Virus record (IMG/VR): IMGVR_UViG_3300043466_002666
Reading direction: 5' to 3' (one strand)
Source of the DNA: a virus
Length of the DNA: 64,000 nt
Shown here: one piece after another, positions 30,501 to 40,544 of the stretch
How the letters are laid out: each line of letters opens with the position of its first letter
Numbering within the stretch: position 1 is the first letter of the stretch
Position numbers and translations under genes: made by a program
The notes under the pieces: model-generated
The model's database searches: none
What the model was told of the DNA's origin: nothing
Seen by the model: the letters and a program-made list of their open reading frames with translations, nothing else

Positions 30501-30798
30501 TAATTATAGTATCAGTTAAATTTTCCCTGATAGTTTCAAAACTTGTTCCATTAATTGTAGACTGAACAAGTACAGCATTATATTGTAAGTCAAATCCAGT
30601 CTGTCCAGGAATTACTACAGACCCCTCTTTGAATACATGCTGCCCAAATTTTTGAATTTGGTGTTGTAAAATTGATTGTAGAGTAGTTAGTTCTCTTGCC
30701 TGAACTGGATAGTTAGGCTTAAACAGCACTCTATAAAAATTTTTACTTTCATTGAAATCATCAAAATATGGCTGCAAACTGAGATCTGTATTTTGCAT
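24523..30798 (-). CDS. giant virion structural protein (VrlC/DUF4815-like)
   Basis: 2091 aa, PYFDDF...FYRVLFKP..VQARELT..QS, APGADRL, RRTYDESGNY, DPVAQSF, FRAIALA end. Confidence 0.88.
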   Translation of the reverse strand: MQNTDLSLQPYFDDFNESKNFYRVLFKPNYPVQARELTTLQSILQHQIQKFGQHVFKEGSVVIPGQTGFDLQYNAVLVQSTINGTSFETIRENLTDTIIRGTTSNVTARVINSISAADSEKSTATLYVKYISSGNVVNNTQLTKFSNGETLVDELNNPVAITATQNASSFIGSAAYITEGVYFLRGFFVTVPLQSIILDQYSNFPSYKIGLSISETIVTADTDSSLYDNAVGSSNFTAPGADRLQIQAALAKQDINFSSDPTFIELLRLEDGKLVEQADVSIYNELEKNLARRTYDESGNYTVNPINLRIKETYNSGENNGVYNLNDVLPDGRKILNRTPITQDGNAIDGRNYYTVELDPLKAYVKGFEIQNTSKNYLTIEKPRKFLSTNNQGAVASFGNYFTLQANTINGGVAPGSILILNKTTNSVETQIGKARVLSLTAEERLFVADLTLFTTITTAQSTPTVVIGDFVFSTNGSQGIVESISGNTIVLSQISGQFLSGATIANSRDSNTYTISSVENNKIENVTNVKTASGFSASLALTQVAISGSSFVINNNILTGTGTSFLQDLKVPMKLLVGSSTVTVSAVSSDSSVTVTGTVANGTYYNVKKLVPKLSSFGNNFFVKFSNEFIKSSSDMSYYKTITENKVVTSGTVTISTTSDYTISASNIIITNASGTVAFTPTVVSATNVNLAVSTSLNGTSVNVVYKVRVNNPTIKIKSSNKFNFLSVDKVKNLTNLVYGTRISDKDISLKFSDVYRVHAIHEALSPTDTNQSMFDSLVINNASDLTVGDIIRYENIKAKIISISGTTLYVVYLSSEKFIQGTSLALSVDIISSTLITGRYITTSTHGRYKDITTNYALVKNDNAEFYNISKLVRIENRPTPTNKFIVVFDYYNHANTSNDFYSTNSYNVSEVDYALIPNTYEGTPYTDIVDFRYETVPSTGTGGTLSTPYQETNSALNYYSLTRSISNFVFPGEIVSADYDYYLGRIDKIFLDENGNLVAIKGSETNTPQVPENIQNALLLATVNIPPYMKTVSSASLNIEQSRRYTMKDIGSIDKRLETVETLTSLNLLEIGTNSLSIVDEDGNNRFKTGFIADNFKTTNLADFNNIQYTASIDTDNALVRPYPYVNNVNLNYDSANSTTTKTGSLVTLPYDEVAYISQIYASRVENLQPFEVIAWNGELVLSPNKDVWFDTIRTQRETQQIDLSEPIRFLFDNSGASGEQWGAWNSTGSARTGGGTNVFQQRTGVDNTFSTLTQEIQVGDSINSIGTEEFVRSRIVNVVASKLKPNTLFHFFVDDALNDSMIFPKNITGMTNRTGTFVIGETVTLRPTLASTVQGANVITATVIADDLGSYSSTSTYLSIDNILTIDGSNINPVILGSTFVISGNSSGAIGTLTLTSPRVKTDSFGVLNAFLIIPPQTYQTGTSVFKLCDEITGTSIYGISQSNAETVYDTLGARVSLTSNVVSLQTPQITSTPIRGTRTVFIPDPPPPPPAGGGDPVAQSFFVDSTGGVFISSIDLYFQTKDPSVPVSVEIRTMENGTLTNTVVPYGVAVVDASNVNVSNNASVATRFTFPSLVYLNQDTYYAFIVRSNSKQYKMWISRLTENDVLTSFIIDKQPYSGSLFKSQNMSTWSPDQFEDVKFVLNRAKFITNTTYNCKLNNDPVPDAVLNPDSLSFTDNSATIEVYHPNHCMNSIQNYVKLSSVMSDAPDTSLNTAITTASQTGNITVGNASATTWGTINKLPVSPTNPGFVLINNEIIKYTGISGNTLTISERGVSGSVAATHAIGSSVKCYSINGIPLTQINKVHQITQVVDLDRYKIAATTNANSTIIAGGNSIIASRNIQYEELYPNINTLVLPSTDLSFTFTSVTGNSIYAAQSSFSQINEESVENKQYCEMTTPRLVVSSANNSIYFPSNPSSLIFNLRMSTEIDNISPVVDVIGSSAITVCNRISKKILNDVVDISAELTPNSGKYSSYITKKVTLQNTSTAIKVLLDGIRKQGLNGDYSEIKVFVKINGDGNLGSFDDMNYIELPPISYPTSVNSSDYRAFEFEVKNLPEFKEYSIKVCMISADQTNVPKIRNFRAIALAV

Positions 30799-30841
30799 CT
30801 ATTTAACCTTCAAATGGTTGCTTCGTTTTTTATTATTTATT

Positions 30842-32476
30842 TTAGAACTCGATGACGAGTTTTACATCTTCAATCTGATCATTAGATCTGAATACGGGTT
30901 TTCTATTTTCCACGTATAAAATTTTACCACTATATTTTTTAATTTCTCCAGCAGAATATCCAGATACAAATGTGATGCCAGCTACAGTGCTGTTATCGGT
31001 TGTATCTGGAGTAGCAGTTACACTACTAATTGATCCAGTGATAGCATTTGCACCACTAAATTCTACTAATTTGTCTTTGTTATTTCCAGTCTGTTCGGCA
31101 CTAATATATTCATTTTGATAGTATCTTAAGATTTTATTAATAGAATCCCAATGAATTACTCTTCCTTTTGCACCAGTATTAGCTTGAGTAATAATCTCGC
31201 CATTTTGATAGTTTACAGTAGTTGATGATGCAAATTTAATTGTTTTGCAAACTGCTGCAGTTGGAGAAATATAGTCTATACCACTATTTGAAGATGGATC
31301 TTCAATAAGACCAAATCTTCTAAATTGCATATTGACTGGAATATCACCGCTACCATCTAGAAATTCTAGATTTTTGTTAATCATAATACGATATGCACCC
31401 AATTCATAAATTGGATTGGCCCCATGCCCACCAGTAGGAGAAATAATTATTTCAATAGATGCAGTTGTTCCTAAACTTGTAGTAGCTCCAGTTCTAGCTA
31501 ATGCATCATTTAGACTAGAATATGAAGATGTTAAATTTAAAGATGCAAAAGTATATCCACTACCAGACTGTTCCATGGTAGCAGTTTCAATTTTGTTTGC
31601 AAAGCTTCCACTTGATGGGACAATAATTTTTACTACTGCTTTCGTGGAATTTAATCCAAGCCCCCCATTTCCAATTACTGGTACGTAATATGTACCTGGA
31701 GTTAAACTTGCACCTCTATTTGTAATTAATACTTGATTTATAGAACCATCTACAGCCGCAGTTTGTACTGCAGTATCTACTCTAACAGGAATGAAGTCAG
31801 TTGATACAAATTTGATATAATCACTGATTGAAATAGTATACATGTATTTCCAACGATATCCATCCCCATAAGTAACAATATCAGTGCTTGTTCCGGTTGG
31901 CTCTACTGTGGAAGGCTTTCCATTTGGATATGCTTCAGTTGATGGAGTTTGGCCATTGTAAATGCACTTATAGACTTGAAAATTACTATTCATCACATAA
32001 AAACTAGTATCATATAATTTAGATTGTCCATTTGCAGAGATTTTGGTCACGCCATTTGTAACCGTGCCATAATCATGTCTATACATATCATAAACAACCC
32101 CTGATTGCCAAGTTCTTTTACGAATTACCTCAGATACATCTGATCTAGTCACTCGTTTAATTGCAATCATATCATCATAAATTTCATCAATTTCATCCAG
32201 ACAGTCTACTGGATCTGGTGGCAGAAAGTCTGAAACAGTAGATACGCCATCATATTTTTCTACAATAGCTCCACTTGTTGTATCATTCCAATTATAAGAT
32301 CTTCCTATAAACAAGTATATTTTGCTTCTATATTTTTGTGCAGCATTGGCTTCCGCTGGATAGTTTAATGCATCCTCTGATGCAGGATTAAACGTAGAAC
32401 TATATGGCTCTTCTAGAGATTCAATAAATTGCTGAGCTGCAAAAATTCTAAAATTATCAGTTACTAATGAAGGCAT
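30842..32476 (-). CDS. gp8: gp8 baseplate wedge subunit
   Basis: YDMYRHDY, FYVMNSNFQVYKCIYNG, GYRWKYMYTI, GGHG, QIEDVKLVIEF. Confidence 0.92.
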   Translation of the reverse strand: MPSLVTDNFRIFAAQQFIESLEEPYSSTFNPASEDALNYPAEANAAQKYRSKIYLFIGRSYNWNDTTSGAIVEKYDGVSTVSDFLPPDPVDCLDEIDEIYDDMIAIKRVTRSDVSEVIRKRTWQSGVVYDMYRHDYGTVTNGVTKISANGQSKLYDTSFYVMNSNFQVYKCIYNGQTPSTEAYPNGKPSTVEPTGTSTDIVTYGDGYRWKYMYTISISDYIKFVSTDFIPVRVDTAVQTAAVDGSINQVLITNRGASLTPGTYYVPVIGNGGLGLNSTKAVVKIIVPSSGSFANKIETATMEQSGSGYTFASLNLTSSYSSLNDALARTGATTSLGTTASIEIIISPTGGHGANPIYELGAYRIMINKNLEFLDGSGDIPVNMQFRRFGLIEDPSSNSGIDYISPTAAVCKTIKFASSTTVNYQNGEIITQANTGAKGRVIHWDSINKILRYYQNEYISAEQTGNNKDKLVEFSGANAITGSISSVTATPDTTDNSTVAGITFVSGYSAGEIKKYSGKILYVENRKPVFRSNDQIEDVKLVIEF

Positions 32477-32516
32477 TCTTTTATGTCCTTATGGTTAGTC
32501 TTTGTATGATTATTTA

Positions 32517-35500
32517 TTAAATAAATTTATCAAAGTATACCACATCTCCTTGATTATGTGTGGTTGATGATAGTAAACGAGTACATCCAACTAGTTGATT
32601 TGATATAATGTTAGTGTACTCAATTACATCTGTGGATATAATTACTCGGAATGTATCATATCCTTCACCAGAATTTTTAACCTGTACAGATATCACTCTG
32701 CCCATAGCATCCAATACTGGTTTGAGTACACATCCACTTCCACCACCACCAACAATAGTAAGTGCTACATCTCTATCATCATATCCAATTCCTTGAGTTA
32801 TTACCTCAACTTTTCTAATTCTTCCATTGCTGATGAATGGTCTAAATGTTGCAGAAGATCCAGTTGATGACGTAATGTTAATTGATATATCACTTTCTTC
32901 AAAATTTTGAGCATTACTTAATGGAATAATTTCAGTTGTGGAAGTTATATTTGATGCTAATTTAGTTCCAATTCTGATATTTGAAGTACTCAATGGTGTT
33001 TGAGTTTCTGCAAAAATATATGAAGTGGGAACTATTCTTTGAGCAGCATATTGATTGTATCCAGGATACTGAATAGTTACAGGGGATTCAATTTTACCGC
33101 CTAATGTATAATTTACTGGTGCGGTTGCTTTAGCACCATAGCCACTTCCAATAGTTCTCAATATAACTGGATGACGGTACTTAGTTCCGCCATTGGTGAT
33201 TGTAATTCCAGAAAGTTTTCCATTTGCTAATGTACTAGTTGCATCAAATCCACTGGGCGAAGTTCCAGAATATGATGCCGTCTTCAGAACAGTAGGTGAT
33301 AAAATTTGAGTGACAGTTCTTGATGTGGTTTCACCATCAACGAAGATTTTATCTCCAATATTAACTTGGTAATACACATTGTCAATTTTCATATCTTCTG
33401 GAGATCCTTTAAAATCTAATACCACAATTTTGGTTGCACTTGTATTGGAATTGAAGACTAATTGATTGTTGTCAATATAATAATCATATAATGGACTTTG
33501 AATATTTCCATCCTTGATAACTATAATTTGATTTTCATGTGGTCTTGGACGACTAATATTGGCATTTGGATAATATGGAGAATTTGTTTGAGTTTTAAGA
33601 TCATATACTTTTCCACCAAATCCAGAAGTAATACTAAGTAATTTCATGAAAGATCCAACACATTTTACAGAAATAATATCAGATTGAATCGGAGCAGTGG
33701 TAAAAGTAATTTGACTCTTTATATCTCCATCTAACGTATAATCTACACCAGGATCTAAAATTTTTCCATTTTTAATTACAACTATACTAGAATCTGATGG
33801 AGTGGAATCATTTTCAATTGTGCCAGGAGGCACAAAATTTTCTTGATTTAAGAATAGATTAAATTTAGTGTTAATTCCGTTATATGGTCTGTGGATTTGG
33901 TCTAGTAAATGGAAAATTCCAGCAAATTTAATGCCAAATACATATGTAGATGTATTGTTGGAGGATAAAGTTATTCTCGATGTAGTAGTATAAGTGTAAT
34001 CATTTATTTCATCAAATTTCCAGGTATTGTTAGAGAATATTACTAAATTTTCTTGTTCTGGCGATGTTATTTGTTGACTTAAATTATATACAGTATTTGA
34101 TCCAGATACTGAAGTTAAATTTATAACCTTATTGCCATACATTCTAATCATGAATATGTCGTCTGTTTCTTGCGGGGCAACCAAAAATTCAATTTGTCCT
34201 CGATTAGGAGTAATTGTATATTGTACACCAGGATATTGAATTACACCATTTACTGATACTAAAACATCAGCATCTTCAACGATATCTGATTGGATTAAAT
34301 TTTGATTATTATATAACAGTCTAAACTTAGTTTTAACCCCATCTGGACAATTGACAAGTGAATCTATGTAAGTGATTGGGGCATATAAAATTGCAAAAAT
34401 TGAATCAATAGTGACTGAAGATGACAATGTTACTACGTTTCCAGAAATGGTAAAATTATTTTCATAAAATTGTGGTGCTCCGTTTATATACAATATTAAA
34501 TCTTTATATTGAGATGGCAATATTGTAGTAGATAATGTTACCGAAACTCCAGTTACATTGGAAATATTAATTTTACTGGAGCCATGACGATAATCTAGAT
34601 AGATATTATCGGCTGCAGTAATATTTGTTGTAAATGTTATACTTCCATTTGTAATCGTAAAATCTTCTATTGGATTTTGAACCACTCCATTTCTCAATAC
34701 AAATATATCGGATGCGGATGGCGGATTAAAACTCTTGTAATTTACTTGTAATTTATAAGTGGATTTACTGTAATCATCATTCAAATTATCAACAATTTGA
34801 GTTTGATAAGTGGATGATCCAATTTGGTAAATATAAATTATATCTCCAGAAATTAACGATGGGTCTAATAATGTTATAGTTGATCCAGAAATACTGTACA
34901 GTGAGGGACTTATTGCTTCAGTTCCATTAAGGCTGAGTATTAAATCAGATTTAGTTGCCGGTAGGTCAGTAGTTATTGTACTACCACTTATGGTTAAATT
35001 ATATGTATTTGTTCCTGATGCAAATGTGATTGGGTCAATTACACGCTTTGGATTTGTGAACGCTATAATACAAACTTCGTCTAGTGTTAGACTAACAAAA
35101 TTTGCAAAGCTCAATATATTGGTACTGGAATTAAAACTCCATGAATTGCCTACTTGTAAAATACCATTTACATAAACTAAAAATACAGTCGTATCAATTG
35201 TCGGAGACTGAGAAGTATATTGTAGAGAGGATGGATTTAGTTGAGTAAATCTATTTGTAATATTTACTAAATTTTGAGCACTATAATTTACTATATCAAT
35301 AGTATCAGTTGATGTGGGAGGAATAGTAAATTTAATATTTCTTGCATCAACAAGACCTTCAATTGTATAATCTACTTCTGGATATTGATACAGCCCATTT
35401 TTGATTACTTGTAGGTGGCTTGAACTATATACGCTGCTGCTAACATAATTTGAGGTTAATCCAAAACGAGTTTCTATGCCATTGTACATTCGGAAAGAAT

Positions 35501-38500
35501 CAATCGCAAAGTTTTGATTTAATCCGTCATATGAATAATATACAGAAACTTGGTCCTCGGCAAGTAATGGATTTGCGAATTGAATACTACTACCAGTTAT
35601 AGTAAAGTCAATTCCAGGTTTTTGATGTACTCCAGATAAAATTACAACTAAATGTTGTGCAGATATCGGAGTAAATAAAATTCCATTTATAGATAATGGG
35701 AAAGTATCTTGAGTTCCATCTAAACATCCAAACGAATCTAATAATACATTTTTGGTTTTCTCTGGCTCTAGTTGTCTATTAAAGTATGCAAGTTTAACGA
35801 CATCAGATAGACTTGGTGCAGTTGTAAATGTAATTTTATTGTTACTAATTGTATGTGATTGATTAGTCAGTTTGGACAAAATTCCATTTTTGATTACAAA
35901 TACATCTCCAATATTTGCAATATACTGAGGAACTCCCCTATCAGACAAATTAAAGATTTGTCTAGATCCATTTTGTGCAACATTTAATCTATCTAATATT
36001 GCAGACTTGAAATTTGTTGTATTTGCTAAGTACTTACTGTTAAAATCTATAACTGTGCAGGAATCTGTTGAATTGTAAGTTTGAACAAATGTGATTGAGG
36101 ATCCAGTTAAAGTATATTGATCGTGATCTAATACTTGATTATTGATATTTACTAATAAACTATTTTCCCCATTTACTGGAGTATATGGTAGCCCATCTGC
36201 ATAGGTTAAATTAAATGTTTTTGAAGAGCCGTCAAAAGTAATTTTATTTAAAACTTCAACATAGCTAGTTGAATATTCTGGGCTAGTATATTTAAATTTG
36301 GTGTCTAATCCATATACTGTAGTAGTATCTGTGCCAGAATACACAGTACCATTTAACAGAGTCTTGGTTATCTTATGAACAGAATCTTGAGTTTTTACTG
36401 AATTTGATTCAATATATTGAGTTACTTTTTTGATTATGCAATTATCAAGTTGTAAAATTTTATTAGCATTTACTGTAGCTGGATCAATGATATAGCATGA
36501 AATGGTTTCATCAATATACCAGCCAAATATATTAGAGACATTGATTGATTCCGATAGCACAACTTGATTGCCAACCACAGAAAAATCAGTTAACAGCTGA
36601 GATTGACACACTGAATTTGTAAATAGTAATACATTACAACTTGAACTTGGTGAATAGTTTATCGAATATGTTGTTCCAGATCCAGAGAAAGTTAATGCCT
36701 TTAGCTGTTCATGATATAAAATAAAAATAGAATCTGAGCTTTGTATTGTTTGCGATAATGTAACAATATTTCCACTTAATGTGTAGGTAGGTGCTTGGAC
36801 AACTCCATTAATAGAAATCAATAAATTCTCATATGAATTTGGTACAAAATTTAAATCATCTTTAGTCAAAATTAATTTATTATTGTCAACAACATAATCT
36901 ATTATTGTGAATGGAGTGTCTAGCTCATGCGAAATGATTTCATCCGAAGAATTTAAGTTGAATGATGGAATAAAATTGGAATCAGATATGTAATATGAAA
37001 TTCTTGGAGTTTGTAGTATACCAGAGTAAAAGATAAAGTATGAATTTGTATCATCTATACCAAGACATGCAAAATCTCTTGAAATTGTAAAGAGATACTC
37101 ACTTAACAATAATGATTTATTGTTTAAGACTTGAATTTCTATATAATTATCTTTGATTAATGTTATTAATCCTACTGTACCAGAAAAATTGCCAAACACA
37201 AAATCTCCAACAGAGAATGCACTATAATTATCAACATAAACTGTTTGTGTAGTGCAGTTGGATAATTTTAAGTTTAAATTTGCAACGTTTGATAATGTTG
37301 CCTTAAATAAAACTGAGCTGTTAAATGAATCTTCTTGCCTTTCAGATAATTTTGTAGTATTCTCTACTCTATACTTACCAAAGACTTTATATCCTGCTGG
37401 GTGTGTATTTTGAATTACTTGACTCTTCCATTCAGAAGTATTTCTTTGAGATACTAAGGTATATGCCCAATCTTGGTAGTAATTACTATCAATAATTCTT
37501 TGAGTTGAATCACTGACAAAACCAAAATTATCTAAAAATTTGTATGAATATGATGTGTATGGAGATGGTGTGCAGTATGCACTTGCGGTTTTAATGCTTA
37601 TAATATTTCCATAAACATTTCCATCTTTAGTGTATACAATATCATTTTCAGAAATAGTTCCAGAAACTGGATAATACTCTACAGTAGATGATGGGACATC
37701 AAAATGAATTACTCTACATGTAACACTAGAGCCATTGGACACGAATGATAATATATCATTTTCTTCTAAGATTTTTCTTTTAATTTTTGCTTCTAGAACA
37801 GCACCAACTCCAAAAGCACTATCAATGGTTATTGTTGGAATAGAACTAAAATTGAATCCACCTTTAATAACTTGAACTTCTGTAACAATACCAGATGAAG
37901 TAATTACCTTAAATTGACAATTAGGATCTACTACTCCATTAACTTTTACTACATCCGTAATTGGATTGTAATTTAATCCTCCACTTTTAACTAAAATACT
38001 AGCAATTTGAAAATTATTAGTTATCTTTGCAGTTGTTGGCATTACAACTGGATATTGTGTAAGTTTGTTGCCAATTAACTCATTTCCAATTGATGAATAT
38101 TCAAATTTACTAATCTTTCCAATATTATCTGAATTTAATTGTATTAATGCACCATATCCATTTTGAGTCAAAATTCCAGTCACTTCGGGTAAACTAGAAT
38201 AATTTTTTCCTTTGTTTGTGATTATAATTTTATCTATTGATCCACTTGCTGTTCTTGAATTTGTAATATAAGTCAATCCAGCTATAGTTATAGAACTAAG
38301 ATTTGATACATTTTCAATAGAAAATTGTGTAGATGAAACTATGCTGTACACAGTTTGAGTATCTAAAAAATTATTAAATTTTACTTTATCTTTAGTCGCT
38401 AATCCATGTGGAGCACTAGTCGTAAATGTGATAACAGCTCTTTCATTGATAGTTGATAATTGATATGATGAAATAGCTTTTCCTTCGACGCTAGCAATTT

Positions 38501-40544
38501 GTGCATTAAAGCCACTTCCTAAGTTTCCATCATTGTTTATTACTAATTTGTCATTTACTTTATAATTAATTCCTTTATTTTCAATAATTACTGAATTAAT
38601 CTCACCATAATTGTACTTATTTGCAGTTAATACAGTTTTGTTTAGTTTGTAGGTTGTTTCTGGATTCAATTCAAAGACATTAGTATGATATAGTGATCCG
38701 CCATCCGCAATAATGGGCTGAGATGGCAACGCATGTAATCTAAAGATAATAGGAGTTGTATTTCTATCTCCATTCACATATCCTTTGATGAAATAACTTA
38801 CTTCTCCGGCAGTCAAACATTCTCTACCATATAGAAATATATTAGTATTTGCAGATACTGTTAATGAGCCAGGAGTCGTTAAAGTACAATTTATAAATTG
38901 AGTGGATGTCCTGCTTTCATAACGAATAATTTTATTGTTTACAAATAATCTTCCTTTCTTTTGTGGGAAATTAAATGTACTATTTACTGTAATTGTAGAA
39001 CTTGATGAACTAGTTACAATAGTTGACTGAGTGGTAGTAGTTGAAGAAGGTAAGTATAGCTTTTTATAATTTAATTTAGTATCAATTTCAAATTCATACA
39101 CATTATCTTTTACTCTTGTAATTTCAGAAATATCTAATGAAGTTCCTGGAATCTTATTTGTGATATCTCTTGATTGAACTAATTCAATAAAATCAACATT
39201 ATCAAGATTTTTGATTGAACTGTAATCCTGCAGTAACTCACACCTAATTACTTTCTTCTCATAATAAGTCGCAGCAGAAGGTTTAATTAAATAATTTTTG
39301 GGATACTCTACTGTAGGATCTTGTGAAATAGTCTCAATAGATGGATTTCCTTCTTTATTAATGTCTGTGATTGGATATGCTTTTGCAATAAAAGATCTTG
39401 GGTTTTCCCCGCCTTCTCCAATAATTCTATCTCCGATTCTAAAATAACCAATAATTTCAGTCAATAATAATTCATCTGCTCTAGGATCCCAACTATCTAC
39501 TCTGGCAGATCCAGTTGTAACACCATTTGCATTTTGATTAATTATTTTTTGTCCTTGTGTAAAAGATCTATCTCTAACTCTTGCAGTAATTGGACCAATA
39601 TAATTTTGTCCAGCATTAACAACTTGAACTGAAGTAATGGTTCCAGATGAATTCATTCCAGTGACAACCATTTGAGCACTGGTTGGAACTTGATTAAGTT
39701 GATTAGGTGATCCAGTCCCAGAACCAAGAATATCAATTATTGGGGGAGATACTAAATTTGATAAGTTATCTACTTCATAGTAATAATTTAATCCGCCAGA
39801 AACTAATTGAAATGCACTAATATCTCCACCATAATTTAAAATTTCAATTTTTGCATCCTTTCCACCAGGAACTAGTTTTAATTTTAACTTTTTATCATTA
39901 AATAAAATTCGGAAAAATAATTGATGAGATTGCTCACTTCCCTTCGATAAGTAAAAGGATTTAATATTCTTTAAAAATGAAGATATATTAAGTTCTTCAG
40001 TTAATACTTCTGGTAATGTTGGCGATATTTCTGATCTAATTCTTCTGAGAAACTCCATGACAAAGGAGTACCCAAGATTAATAACTTTTGTGCGAGAAGT
40101 ATGCTGTTCTGCCGCAGAACCAGTATTATATGAAATTTGATTAAATGGACTATTTTCTAATACAAATGCACTAGTTCCCCTAACGCAGTCTACAAACTGA
40201 GTCTGAGTTTTTGTTCTGTAGAATATAATTTCATCATCAATTGACACATATCCATTTTTTTCTGGAAATCCTATAGTGCTATCTACAGAAATTGTAGTGC
40301 TGGATGCATTTATGGATGTAGATAATAATGTAGATTCTATTAACCTATTTGGATGATAATATCCAATATTATAATATTCAATAAAATTCTTTACAACATC
40401 CAGGTACCCATATCTAGATTCTTGCGATTCGTAATATGAACTTAGAAAAGATACAAATTTTGGATTACTTTCTGCTACAAAAGATGGGAGCTGACGTTCA
40501 ATTAATGTAGAAATATCTACAATCTTTTCCTTTAAACTGTTCAT
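32517..40544 (-). CDS. gp7: gp7-like baseplate wedge initiator (very large, repeated beta domains)
   Basis: 2675 aa, QLPSFV...FVSFLSSYYESQE, IKSFYLSKGS, DSNYYQDWAY, HPAGYKVFG; between gp6 and gp8. Confidence 0.85.
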   Translation of the reverse strand: MNSLKEKIVDISTLIERQLPSFVAESNPKFVSFLSSYYESQESRYGYLDVVKNFIEYYNIGYYHPNRLIESTLLSTSINASSTTISVDSTIGFPEKNGYVSIDDEIIFYRTKTQTQFVDCVRGTSAFVLENSPFNQISYNTGSAAEQHTSRTKVINLGYSFVMEFLRRIRSEISPTLPEVLTEELNISSFLKNIKSFYLSKGSEQSHQLFFRILFNDKKLKLKLVPGGKDAKIEILNYGGDISAFQLVSGGLNYYYEVDNLSNLVSPPIIDILGSGTGSPNQLNQVPTSAQMVVTGMNSSGTITSVQVVNAGQNYIGPITARVRDRSFTQGQKIINQNANGVTTGSARVDSWDPRADELLLTEIIGYFRIGDRIIGEGGENPRSFIAKAYPITDINKEGNPSIETISQDPTVEYPKNYLIKPSAATYYEKKVIRCELLQDYSSIKNLDNVDFIELVQSRDITNKIPGTSLDISEITRVKDNVYEFEIDTKLNYKKLYLPSSTTTTQSTIVTSSSSSTITVNSTFNFPQKKGRLFVNNKIIRYESRTSTQFINCTLTTPGSLTVSANTNIFLYGRECLTAGEVSYFIKGYVNGDRNTTPIIFRLHALPSQPIIADGGSLYHTNVFELNPETTYKLNKTVLTANKYNYGEINSVIIENKGINYKVNDKLVINNDGNLGSGFNAQIASVEGKAISSYQLSTINERAVITFTTSAPHGLATKDKVKFNNFLDTQTVYSIVSSTQFSIENVSNLSSITIAGLTYITNSRTASGSIDKIIITNKGKNYSSLPEVTGILTQNGYGALIQLNSDNIGKISKFEYSSIGNELIGNKLTQYPVVMPTTAKITNNFQIASILVKSGGLNYNPITDVVKVNGVVDPNCQFKVITSSGIVTEVQVIKGGFNFSSIPTITIDSAFGVGAVLEAKIKRKILEENDILSFVSNGSSVTCRVIHFDVPSSTVEYYPVSGTISENDIVYTKDGNVYGNIISIKTASAYCTPSPYTSYSYKFLDNFGFVSDSTQRIIDSNYYQDWAYTLVSQRNTSEWKSQVIQNTHPAGYKVFGKYRVENTTKLSERQEDSFNSSVLFKATLSNVANLNLKLSNCTTQTVYVDNYSAFSVGDFVFGNFSGTVGLITLIKDNYIEIQVLNNKSLLLSEYLFTISRDFACLGIDDTNSYFIFYSGILQTPRISYYISDSNFIPSFNLNSSDEIISHELDTPFTIIDYVVDNNKLILTKDDLNFVPNSYENLLISINGVVQAPTYTLSGNIVTLSQTIQSSDSIFILYHEQLKALTFSGSGTTYSINYSPSSSCNVLLFTNSVCQSQLLTDFSVVGNQVVLSESINVSNIFGWYIDETISCYIIDPATVNANKILQLDNCIIKKVTQYIESNSVKTQDSVHKITKTLLNGTVYSGTDTTTVYGLDTKFKYTSPEYSTSYVEVLNKITFDGSSKTFNLTYADGLPYTPVNGENSLLVNINNQVLDHDQYTLTGSSITFVQTYNSTDSCTVIDFNSKYLANTTNFKSAILDRLNVAQNGSRQIFNLSDRGVPQYIANIGDVFVIKNGILSKLTNQSHTISNNKITFTTAPSLSDVVKLAYFNRQLEPEKTKNVLLDSFGCLDGTQDTFPLSINGILFTPISAQHLVVILSGVHQKPGIDFTITGSSIQFANPLLAEDQVSVYYSYDGLNQNFAIDSFRMYNGIETRFGLTSNYVSSSVYSSSHLQVIKNGLYQYPEVDYTIEGLVDARNIKFTIPPTSTDTIDIVNYSAQNLVNITNRFTQLNPSSLQYTSQSPTIDTTVFLVYVNGILQVGNSWSFNSSTNILSFANFVSLTLDEVCIIAFTNPKRVIDPITFASGTNTYNLTISGSTITTDLPATKSDLILSLNGTEAISPSLYSISGSTITLLDPSLISGDIIYIYQIGSSTYQTQIVDNLNDDYSKSTYKLQVNYKSFNPPSASDIFVLRNGVVQNPIEDFTITNGSITFTTNITAADNIYLDYRHGSSKINISNVTGVSVTLSTTILPSQYKDLILYINGAPQFYENNFTISGNVVTLSSSVTIDSIFAILYAPITYIDSLVNCPDGVKTKFRLLYNNQNLIQSDIVEDADVLVSVNGVIQYPGVQYTITPNRGQIEFLVAPQETDDIFMIRMYGNKVINLTSVSGSNTVYNLSQQITSPEQENLVIFSNNTWKFDEINDYTYTTTSRITLSSNNTSTYVFGIKFAGIFHLLDQIHRPYNGINTKFNLFLNQENFVPPGTIENDSTPSDSSIVVIKNGKILDPGVDYTLDGDIKSQITFTTAPIQSDIISVKCVGSFMKLLSITSGFGGKVYDLKTQTNSPYYPNANISRPRPHENQIIVIKDGNIQSPLYDYYIDNNQLVFNSNTSATKIVVLDFKGSPEDMKIDNVYYQVNIGDKIFVDGETTSRTVTQILSPTVLKTASYSGTSPSGFDATSTLANGKLSGITITNGGTKYRHPVILRTIGSGYGAKATAPVNYTLGGKIESPVTIQYPGYNQYAAQRIVPTSYIFAETQTPLSTSNIRIGTKLASNITSTTEIIPLSNAQNFEESDISINITSSTGSSATFRPFISNGRIRKVEVITQGIGYDDRDVALTIVGGGGSGCVLKPVLDAMGRVISVQVKNSGEGYDTFRVIISTDVIEYTNIISNQLVGCTRLLSSTTHNQGDVVYFDKFI